From positions 2,240-66,239 of the IMG/VR virus record IMGVR_UViG_3300045988_082153: a stretch of DNA of 64,000 nt. The stretch is one strand, 5' to 3'. Shown piece after piece: positions 17,701 to 29,700 of the stretch. The position numbers and the translations under genes were made by a program. The stretch comes from a virus. The notes under the pieces are model-generated. The model did not search any database and was not told the DNA's origin. It worked only from the letters and a program-made list of their open reading frames with translations. The first letter of the stretch is position 1, and each line of letters begins with the position of its first letter.

Positions 17701-20700
17701 AGATTGACGGCAAGCAGTTTGGCGACCTCTACGAAGTAGCCAACTATATTGACGGCAATGAGCAGCCGTTGTCTGCCAAGATTGAAGCAGCCTCAGCCGA
17801 AGTGAACACCGACCCCACCGAAGCACAAAAGGAAGCCGGCAACTACAAGAAGGGACATGTGCAAGTTGGTACGTTCGACATCACCATTGAGCAACCGCAG
17901 GGCAGCGTGCGTAAGGGCACTGATGCCGACGGCAAGCAGTGGGAAAGTAAAATGAACAACACTTACGGCTACATTCGTGGTGCAGTGGGTGTTGACGGAG
18001 ACCACATTGACGTGTTCCTCTCCAATGATATTGACGGTTGGAACGGACGCAAGGTGTATGTTGTGGACCAGTACAACCCCGACGGCAGCTTTGACGAGCA
18101 CAAGGTTATGCTTGGCTTCAATGATCAAGACGAGGCTAAGGGCGACTACCTTGCCAATTACGAGCAGGGCTGGGAGAATGGCCGCAGAATTGACATTACC
18201 GGCGTGAACCTCGAAGACTTCGAGAAGTGGATAGAGTCGAGCAAGCGTAAGACTAAGCCTTTTGGCGAGTACTCGTCGGTGAAGAAGGACGTTGTGGAAA
18301 TCAATACACCAGAAGAAGCCGGCTATTCCATCACTCCTTCAACCTACACCAATAAGAAGGGTAAGACGAGCGATGTTTCTCTCCTTACCTTTGACAATGA
18401 CTTGACAGCCGACCAAGAGCGTGCCGTCAAGGAGTTTGCCAAAGAGCGTACAGGCGAGGGACGCTTTGCCCCTGCACGCGGTTGGAAAGACCGTGAGAGT
18501 GGTGGTTGGATGTTCCGTAGCGAAGAGGACGCACGCAAGGCCGCTGAAATGGTTGGTAATGAGCAAGCCGTAGCAGACAACCAGCCAATGACAGCGCAGG
18601 AGCTTCGCGATGCCGTGGAGCCGAAGAAGCCAACGGCAAGCAAGAAGACCGCAGCCAAGAAACCTGCAAACCGCATAGAGAACGTGCCAACAGAAGAACC
18701 AATAGAGCCGGAGAAACCTAAGTATGAGGTCAGTGACGAGGAAATGAACGGATTGATGAATGACATTCGTGATATTCTTGGCATTGGTGACGACGAGGGT
18801 GATGCCGGGGTTAAGTTCCGTGATCCGGACGAACTGACCGCAGAGCAGCGTCAGAAGCTCATGTCAGTCGGTCAGCGTCTGGCCATGGCCATGGTTGAGC
18901 GTGGCAATGAGTCGTTTGGCAACTATGCTTCCATGATGGTTAAGGCTTTGGGCGACAAGGTACGCCCTTGGCTAAAGGCTTTCTATGGAGGACTGGAGTA
19001 TGTTCCCGGCTATGACAAATACGCCCTCACTCCATACGAAGAGGTGAAAGCCTTTGACGTGGAGAACTTCGACAAGCCTAACAAGGACGTGATGGCACAA
19101 GCCAACATGATAGTTGAGGAAGGCAAGGTACAAGTGGCCGCAGAAAAAGCAAACAAAGAATTAAAGGCAACAAGAAATGAGCAACGAAAAGAAACCGAAA
19201 AGCAGACAGCAGCAAATACAGATGCTGTTGCAGTGGAAGCAGAGTCTGTTGCAAGCGAAGCAACGGCTCTCGCAGAAACTTCAAGCGACGAGCAAGCCCT
19301 CGCAGGAGCAGCAGAGCGAGTAGATGAAACCCTCAACAAGGTAAATGAGCAGCTTGCCCTGCTTGGCTACTATGAGGCTGACGAGGTAGAGAAGGACTAC
19401 AACGAGGCATACGGCTACATGCGTAATGCTGAAAAGAAGGCCGTCAAGGATGCAGCCAACCTTGCAAGTCAGTTGATTTCTGATTTGAACCTTAGCCACT
19501 ATGAGGCTTCTCACTCAAAGCAGACGGATAAGAAAGGCAATCGTAAGAAAAAGCCACTTGCAGTTTCCAACATTTCCCCTATTGGAGGTGATGTGTCTAT
19601 ACACCTGCCATTAGAAGAAGGACGCGAGCTGTATCTGACAATAGGCGTTGAGCCAAGAGCAGCCAAGGGTGTAGATGGCTTTGGAGGCAGCGACCTTGAA
19701 GTTACTCACATCATGTTCCGTGTTGACCATCCTGAAGGCACCGGCAATGACCGCTACGGTAGAAATGTCTTCGTTGACAGCAATGTTACGTATTCTGACC
19801 TTCTGAAGCAGGTGCAGCGTGAAGCCTACAAATATCTTATAGGTAGTGGCGTGACCAATGAAGGAGAGTATGCAGCAGGTGACAAGGTGCAGTATTCAAC
19901 CGATGGTGGCCGCACATGGACTGATGCAGTTGTAGTGCAGCCGAACGATGAGGGCGGCATCCGCATTGACACCGGCCTTGCTCCTGTCATGTGGGTTAAT
20001 GCTCATCCGGACCAGTTGCGTCATAAGCCGAGCGAGTCAGCCGAGCCGAAGCATGAAGCCGTTGGCGACTTCTACGAGGATGGTATTAACGAGGATGCCG
20101 TTGCGGCATTGCCAGAAGACACTGCTATACAGCTCCATGTTGTTGACATTCTCAATCCGGGCATGACCGACCATTCAATGAAATCGAAGATCGAGAGCCT
20201 CAACACGTTGCTCCCTAAAATTTCAGACAAGAAATTGTCGGAACTCGACAAGGAGTATGGCGACGACAAGGATATGGGCACCCATATCAAGGCAGAGGTG
20301 GCGAGACGTGCCAAGGATGGGGGCGTTCAGCCAACATCATCAGAGAAACCAGCAGACAAGCCAAAGCCTGCATCCAAGAAAAATGCAACTAAGAAAGTTA
20401 AACCAGAGCAGCCTGTAGGTGATTTGTTTGCCGGGCTGTTTGATAATACATCAGACAATGGATTACAAGGAAATGATGAAGCGGTACGCACCGAAACAGT
20501 GCCAGCCGACAATGGTGGACAACAGCAAGGACTACGAGGAAGCAAAGAAAGTACTCGCAAAACAGTTGCACAAGAAGGTGGAAGACCTGACGGAGGACGA
20601 GGAGGACAAAGCACTGGCAAAGATAGGGCTGTGTCCGCTGGACTTCATGGACTGACCGAGCCGAAGAACACACGCAACAACCATTCAGAGCGTGGCGCAG

Positions 20701-23700
20701 ACCATGCCCCTACTTCGGTGAATGGCAGAATAGAGGCCAATATCAAGGCTATTGAATTGGCGCATGAATTACTTGAGAGCGGTGAGACAGCCACTCCCGA
20801 GCAGATGAGTGTGCTTAGACAGTTCAGTGGTTGGGGTGGTCTTGGAGCCGCTTTCAGCGACGGAGGCTATGACTGGAAACAGCGTGAGCGTAACAAGAAA
20901 ATACGTGAGTTGCTTGGAGAAGAAGCCTACGAGCAAGCCGTTATGAGTGCTAACAGTGCCTACTACACCCCTGCATACGTTGTTGATACACTTTGGGACA
21001 TTGCAAATCAGCTTGGTTTCAAGGGTGGCAACATCTTGGAGGGTTCTGCAGGTATTGGCAACATTTTGGGACAGATGCCTACAACGGTAAGCGAGCGCAG
21101 TAACATTCACGCCATTGAGATAGACGGCACATCTGGCGGCATTCTCTCATTGCTCTATCCCGATGCCAAGGTGGAGATACAAGGTTTTGAGCAGACACGC
21201 ATACCTAATGGCAGTGTGGATCTGGCTATTACCAATGTGCCTTTCGTTACCGGGTTGCGTGTGAATGACACCACAGGCGACAGTGACCTTTCTAAGAAGT
21301 TCCACAATATCCACGACTTCTGTATAGCCAAGAATGTGCGTAAGTTGCGTGAGGGTGGATTGGGTATCTTCATTTCTTCAAACGGCACACTCGATAACAG
21401 CAAGGCTTTGCGCGACTGGGTTGTGAACGAAGGAGGTTCGGACTTCATCGGAGCATTCCGCATGAATAACAAGACCTTTGGCGGTACAACCGTCACGTCG
21501 GACATCATCGTTATCCGCAAGCGAGTGAATGGCCAGAAGTCGGCACAAGCCATTGACGTGAGCAGCATCAGCGGTGAGCGCACGGCCGAATATGAAGAAC
21601 CGGGCGCACGCAAGGCCAAACAACTCTCCATGGACTACAACAAGTATTTCATCGAGCACCCAGACCACATGGCCGGTGAAATGCGCTTTGCCTTTGAGGA
21701 AGGTGATACATTCAGACCTACGAGCAAGGGACTCTACCCGGTAAGCGGCAAAGACCAAGGCAAGATGCTGGTTGATTTCGTTAAATCGTTCACTGAAGAA
21801 GATAGCAGCAAAGCGACCACTACAGATCACCACGATGTTTCACTTGTGCTTGATGCGTCAGCGGATGGCAAGAAACTTGGTGAAATGTATATGAAAGACG
21901 GCCAGATTGTTTTGGCCAGCTTTGGCGGTTACTATCCTCTTGAAGTGAACGACAAGAAGATAAAGGGACACACCAAGCAGGAGTGTTTCACTGCTTATGC
22001 TGCCATCAAAAGTGCATTGGCCGATGTTATGCAGTACCAGACAGAGAACGAGAGTGACGCAGGACTGAAACCATTGATTGCCAAACTCAACAAGGCATAC
22101 GATGCCTTTGTCAATACCTACGGCCATTTCAACAAAAACAACCAATTAGCATGGTTGCGCAATGATGTGGACTATCCTAATGTGTTCTCATTGGAGACAT
22201 ATAAGGAGCAAGGAGACGGCAAGGGAGGCGTTGTCAAGACCTACGATAAGGCCGATGTGATGAAAGGCCGTGTCGTGGAAAAGGAAAGCGAACCGCACCC
22301 AGAGAATGTTAAGGACGGTGTTGTTGTAAGTATGTTCAAGAACGGACGCATAGATGTTCCTTACATTGCAAGCCAGCTCGGAAAGAGTGAGGCGGAAGTG
22401 AAGCGTGAAATCATTGACAGCGGACTCGGCTTTGAAGACCCTACGACACGACAGATGGAAGTGTCATACCAGTATCTGAGCGGTAACGTTAGAGAGAAGC
22501 TGAAACAAGCTGAGGCCAACAATGAGAATGGCGAATACAGCAAGAATATCAAGGCATTGCAGGATGTAGTTCCTATGAATATTCCTGCACACTTGATAGA
22601 CTTTACACTCGGTTCGTCATGGCTTGACCCAAAACTCTATGACGAGTATGTGAAAGAGCGTACCGACATAGATGTGCATTTCACAGCAGCTGGTGGTACA
22701 TGGTTTATGAAAGCCCCGACCTATGGCGTGAACGTTGAGAAGAACCGCGCAATGGGTATTGTGAGTGAAATGCTTAAGAAAACAATAATGGGTCATGAAC
22801 TCATTTCAGCCGCAATCCAGAACAAAAGCATTATCGTGTCACGTACGGAAAAGCATTATGACGGCACAACGGAAACCATCACAGACCGCGAGGCTACGGC
22901 AGCATGTGCAGCCAAGATAGACGAGATACGTCAGGACTTCAAGGACTGGGCGCGAGGAAAGATGCAGAGTGACGCGGACTTGTCAGCACGCATGGAGCAA
23001 GAGTATAACGACCGCTTCAACAACTATGTTCCTATGAGCATACCTGACGATTTTGTACCTGAATACTTCGGTGGCGCAACACACAAGTTCAAGATGCGTT
23101 CACACCAAGGTAAGGCCATTGTACGAGGTACAATGCAACCGTTGCTGCTTGCCCATGAGGTTGGTACCGGCAAGACATTCACCCTTATCTCCACAGCAAT
23201 GGAGATGCGCAGACTCGGTACGGCACGCAAGCCTATGATTGTGGTACAGAATGCCACCGTAGGACAATTTGCAGCTTCAGCTAAGGAACTCTATCCAAAT
23301 GCCAAGATACTTACGCTTGAAGATAATGACCGCAATGCGGAAGGTAGAAAGAATTTCTATGCAAAAATCAAGTACAACGATTGGGATATGATAGTTGTAC
23401 CTCAGAGTACCTTTGAGTTTATCCCCGACAGTGACGAGCGTCAGATGCAGTTCGTACAGGACAAGATAGACGAGAAAATGCTTGTGCTTGAACAGATGCG
23501 TGAAGCAGACTCCAGCGGCAGAGACCCTATAACAAGGCGTGCTGAAAAGGAGTTGGCCGACCTGCAAGCAGAAATGGCAGCATTGTCAGAAGGTATCTCA
23601 AAGAAGCGCACAGCCAACAATGAAAAGAAGAAAGCCGTTGCCAAGCAGAACGCAGCTGTCAAGGCGCAGGAAATGCTCGATCGCCGCACGGATGATGTGG

Positions 23701-26700
23701 AGAACTTTGATGATATGGGCATTGATGCTCTGCTCATTGACGAGGCGCACGAATACAAACACCTCGGTTTTGCAACAGCCATGCAGCGCGGTGTGAAAGG
23801 TGTTGACCCTTCATACAGTAAGAAGTCGCAAGGCGTGTACTTGAAGACGCAAGCCATATTGGAGAAGAATAACGGTCGCAATGTTATCTTCGCCACTGGT
23901 ACGCCTATCAGTAATACAGCAGCAGAGATTTGGACTTTCATGCGTTATCTCATGCCAAAGGACACCATGAAGGAATACGGTATCTACTACTTTGACGACT
24001 TTGTGCGCAACTTCGGCAATATACAGCAGATGCCAGAGTTCAACACAAGCGGCAAGTTCAAAGAAGTGAACCGTTTTGCAGGATATGTGAACCTGCCCGA
24101 ATTGGTTCGTATATGGTCAGGGGTAGCAGACACCGTGCTGACCAAAGACCAGACGGAACTTGTGAAGAAGATACCAGAAATGGAGGGCGGCAAGGCGCAG
24201 GACATCTATTTACCACAGACACGCGCTCTTCGCAGTGTGATGAAATATGTGCGTGAAGAACTTGAACGCTTTGACCAGATGAGCGGCAAGGAGAAGAAGG
24301 AAAACAGCAGCATACCTCTCACTATGTATGGTATTGCTCAAGGAGCCGCTGTTGATGCCCGACTTGTGGAAATGCACGCAGAGGATGATCCGAGGAGTAA
24401 GACTAACGAAGCCGTACGCCAAACCTTGCGTTCGTTGAAAGAGACTGACGACTATAAGGGTACTGTAGCCATCTTTGCCGACCACTACCAGAATAAGCGC
24501 AGCGGTTTCAACCTGTATGAGGACATCAAGAAGAAACTCATCCAGCAGGGTATTCCCGAAAGCGAGGTTATCGTAATGAAGCCCGGCATGACCATCAAGA
24601 AGAAGTTGGAAATCTTCGACAAGGTTAACCGAGGCGAGGTGCGTGTTATTCTCGGTAGTACTGCTACCCTTGGTACTGGTGTGAACATACAGGAACGTCT
24701 GCACACCCTTATACACCTTGATGCGCCAAACCGTCCGATGGACTACACGCAACGCAACGGCCGCATCTTGCGACAGGGCAATCTGCACAAGCAATGGAAT
24801 AAACCAGTCCGTGTGCTTCGTTTCGGTGTGGAAGATAGTCTTGACGTAACTGCATATCAGCGATTGAAGACCAAAGGTGCGATTGCTGATAGTGTTATGG
24901 AGGGTGACCGACTGATGCAGGACAGCATGAATAACCGTGTGCTTGAAGAGGAAGAAGATGTGTTCGGCGACACAGTGGCCCAACTCTCGGGTAGTGAATA
25001 CGCCCTGCTGAAAAACAATGCGGAGAAGAATGTGCGCAAGTACGAAAGTCGCAAGAAGCAGTGGGAAGCCGACCAAACCTATATTCACAATGCCAAGCCA
25101 AAGTTGGAGGGACAGATAAAGGCAGCAGAGCAACGGGCGGAGGAAGCTAACGCCCAGCTGCTTGCAGTGCAAAAGGCATTCCCCGATGGCAAGTTCACAG
25201 AGATAACTGTTGGCAAACTGAAATTTGCTTCGGTTGATGCCATGGCTGACTTCATCAAGGAACACAACAAGAAAATCCTCGATGCAGTAAAGGCGATGAA
25301 AGAGAACCCCGGCAATAACGTCCAGACAAATACTCTTACTTTGTCATTGGGAGGTTACGACTTTGTTGTCAAGACAGAGATGTCGCGAGAGACTGTGAAC
25401 AATGGCGGACTGCTGTTTGCCGAGATACATCGTAGAATGAGCTACTCATGCCCTGAACTTGGTCTGAATAATGTTCCTGTAAAGCAGTCGCTATTGCGCA
25501 ATGCCGTTGAGGACATCACCGAGAATGTAATCACAGGTAGGGACTTTGCCGAGCGGTTCGACATTGCTACACGTATGGTACAGCACGGCAAATCAGAGTT
25601 GGAACAACTAAAGCAGCGTGAAGGTAAGCCGTTTGAGTTTGGAAAGGAACTTGAAGAAGCCAAGCGTCAGCTTGAGGAATATTCCGAGGCCATGAAGGTA
25701 GAAATGGCAGAAAAGGAGAAGAAATATGCCGAAATGGACGCAAGTGTAGAAGCTGCTTCAGATGTAGTCACCGACGATGAGGACGAGACCGCAGAAGACA
25801 AGACGAAGTTCCGTTTGCTTGATGAGGATGATCCAAAGGCGATGGAGCTGGAGTCTTTGCCGGAGAGTGAGTTGGTTCCTGTTTACCGTAATGTGCAAGC
25901 CTTTGAGGATGATGCACTGGGTTCACCTATGGCATTTACCGATGCCGAGACAGGCGAGCGCAGAACATTGGAAGGCAGACGTTGGAACTATTCTGCACCT
26001 CCAAAGGTGGAACTCTCCGAGGAGCAGCAGCGCAAGTTGGACGAACTCAACAAGAATGGCTACATCATGGTTGACGGCAAAAAGAGTACAGAGTTGCAGA
26101 TCAATGACGGTCTGAAATTCGTGAAGCCTAAGACCAAGGAGGCACAGTTGCAGTACTTCCTGAAGAAGAACCCCGAAGACAAGGGCTTGTGGGCAGCATA
26201 CGACCCATACGACCATGCCATTGAAACTCCGCTGAACACGCAGTTTGGCGAGGCATACAAGAGACCGAACCTTGTTGTGGTGCGTAGCCTCATCCCAAAA
26301 TCGGAGATAGACGAGCCGTTCCACGCAGACTATGCTCTGTTGCCTACCGGTGCCCATCAGTGGAACAATGGTCGCACACTGTATCTTTCACGCTGGAGCA
26401 AGATAGACAAGGTGCTTACCCGTGAGGAGGAAGCTAAGCTCATTGACGAGTACTGGAAGAAGCATCCGGGAAAGCGTGAGGAGCTAAAGACCCACCGTGA
26501 CTACAACCGTTTTGTGCCACAAGTGCGCATAGAGTTGGAGAAGATGGGTTACCGCTTTGAACTTGATGGCAAGGAGTTGACACCGGAGGAGAGTCTTGCA
26601 CTCGACAAGCAGAACTGGGAAAGCCGCGATGTTATCCCCGGACGCGAGGGACACACTCCATTCGTCAGCAACGAAGACATAGCACGCATCAATGCGAAGA

Positions 26701-29700
26701 TGGCCGGCAAGTGGGTAGGCGAACCGAAGGAAGCAATGGAAAGTGCAATGAGCGATAGAGTGACCGAGTTGTCCGAACGTCTGCATACTCCAGTGCGCAT
26801 CATACGTACAGAGGAAGAAGTGGCTGCATTACCTTCCGTGCGCCAGCGCAGAATGAAGGGTAGCTTCAATCCTATGACCGGCGAGGTGACTATTGTTGTT
26901 CCCAACAATGCTAACATGGCAGACATTGAGAATACGTTTGTGCATGAGGTTGTGGGTCACGATGGTTTGCGCGTGCTGTTCCCTGATGAGGCTAAGCTGA
27001 ACAATGCCCTTGATGAACTCTATCGTGTGTCTAAGGACGAGATACGCGGTACCATTGACCGCATGGCGCAGAAGATGTACGATGCCGAGGTGGACCGCAT
27101 ACGTGAGAAGAAACGCAAGGAGCATGTAGCCAATGGAGAGGATGCCAACGCTTCATACTATGCAGACATGGCAGCAGCACATGCCGAAGCCGGAAAGAAG
27201 CGTGAGCAGTTCAAGCGTGATGCAACAGAGGAATATGGAGCCGACCTTGCCGGACGTATCGGTGAGAAAGGCTTCGAGATGATGAGTGCCGAAGAACTTA
27301 CGTTCTGGGGCAAGTTGAAAGCTATGCTCCAAAAAGCTCTACAAAAATTGTTGGACGGATTGAAAATCCCCGGCAAGAGAAAGTGGGGTGATAAGGACTG
27401 GGCGTTTGTTCTGCATGAGGCATACAAGCGTAAGAAGAATGGTGGTAAGCCTACTGTGTTCGATGCTGCTGATACTGAGGTTATGCGCAGAAGAACTGGC
27501 TTTGGAGATACTAAGTTCAGTGATGGAAAGCGTGAGCAACAGACTGCTAACGAACGTTTCAACAATGAACTTACACGCTATCAGAATGGCGAAATGGATA
27601 AGAACGAAATGCTACATCTTGGCAGACCACAAGGTGTAATGCGTACTTTCCTCCCAAACTTGCCTATTGTTATGCGTCAGCGTGTAATAAAGAAAGGTTC
27701 GGAGAAGAAGCATGACGTAGATGTATCTGCCATAATGAACATGCCGCAGCACTTATCTTCGCCTATATTCGTGTTCCAACGTAGCGAAGACACCATTGGC
27801 GTACTTACTGACATGAGAGACCGCAACGGCAAAAACGTATGTGTGGCTATTGAATTGAAGCGACAGATACAGCAAGGTGCGGAATATCTCGAAGTGAATG
27901 ATGTGCGTTCGTTCCACGGCAGAGAATTCAAGAACATCGTAGAACCGATTGCGAATAACAAGACATTGAAGTGGGTGGATAAAGAAAAAGGACTCGCTTA
28001 TCTCTCCTCAGCGTCACAACCGGTTCAGCAGGAAATAGACAAGCAAGTCCTTGATACTGCGACAAAGGTAGTCAAAGATTTTGTAAATCCCAAAGTTTCT
28101 GACGAAAATATTGCAGATGAGGGCATTATGTTCCGCGATGGTGACATGGGACTTGAAGAAACCATCACTAAGATGAAGGTTGAGGCAAGCCAAGCGAACG
28201 CCGACAACTGGCAAGCCAAGCAGGACGCAATGAGAGCCATCGGTGGCAATCTGAACAAATTGCGTCAGGCAATGGCACGTCAGAGAGAGTATGACCTATC
28301 AACCGTTAAGAGCATAACAGACCTTGCAAAGGTGTTGCTTGAAAACGGATTGCTCGATGATCTGAGCAAGTATGAGACAAAGCGCATCCTATCAGCCGTG
28401 AACAATGTACATGGCAAGCAGGACGTAAGTGATTACGTACAGAAGGTTATGGACATCATGGTTGACAACCAGCTACGCATGGGAGCTAACCAGCTGGGCA
28501 AACTACTTTCCATCCGTGGAAGCCGCGTTGACGCGCGAGGTATTGAGGTGCAAGGACAGCTTGACCCAGAAGGCCAGCGTATAGCGCAGGTGGTTAGGAA
28601 AGCTACTTCCTTACCAAAGGAGAACATAGAGGAGCGTATTGCAGACTGCACCAATCGTATGAGTAGTGACGACAATGCCGTAGCCGAGGAAGCAGCTATC
28701 GAGTACAGCGGTCTGTTGCTTGCCCATCAGTTTGTAGAGGACATCACCGAAAGCAAGGCAGAGGAAAAGGCTCTTCGTGAAAGCATTAAGGAAGCCAAGG
28801 CCGACTTGGATGCCGGAACGATGGAAGCCGATGCTTACCGTGAATACGTGGAGTCAACCAACGATGCCATCCGTCAGAATAAGATAGAGCGAGCCGAAGC
28901 CTACCGCAGCATAGTGGAGCAAGCAGGCGGTGTTCTTGGTGGCAGCGTTGAGCGAGCCAAGGCATGGCGTGAGGCAGAGAAGCAGCGCGTTGAGACCATC
29001 CATCACAATGCCAACTCCGATATGACCGGCAGACCTAACGACGAGCATCACAAGGAAAGCAAGGCACAGAAGATAGCCAATAACAGTATAGTGCGCTTTG
29101 TTCTTGCACCTTTAGGCACGTTCGACCAGATGCTGAGAATGTTCGGAAAGAAAAGCGTGAACGGTGAGGGCTACTTGTGGAACCGCTATATGCGTGGATG
29201 GGTTGAGGCTACCGAAAAGGAGTACACCGGTTATCAAAACGCCTTGAAGACGCTCGACGAGAAGGTTAGCGACCTATTCGGCAAGAAGATGAAATGGGGC
29301 GACCTATTCTCTTTGGAGCGCAACCTTCCAAAAGCGACCGTTACCTTCTGGGACGGTGGCGAGCAGAAGGCACACGAACTGACACAAGGCAACCTTCTGT
29401 ATATATACATGGTTGACAAGATGGCAGACGGCCGCATGAAGTTGCGCCGTATGGGCATCACCGAGGAAGATGTGGAGAACATAAAAGAATTTGTTGATCC
29501 TCGCTTCTTAGAACTTGCCGACTGGATGCAGGACGAGTTCCTTGTGGAAAAACGCAACGAGTACAACGAGGTGCATAAGCGCATGTTCGGTGCTTCAATG
29601 GCAGCGATTGAGAACTACTTCCCTTTGAAGATACTTGCCAATGCGAGAATTGAAGAAGTGGACGTAGCCGACGATACAACCGACACCGCATTACCGGCGA

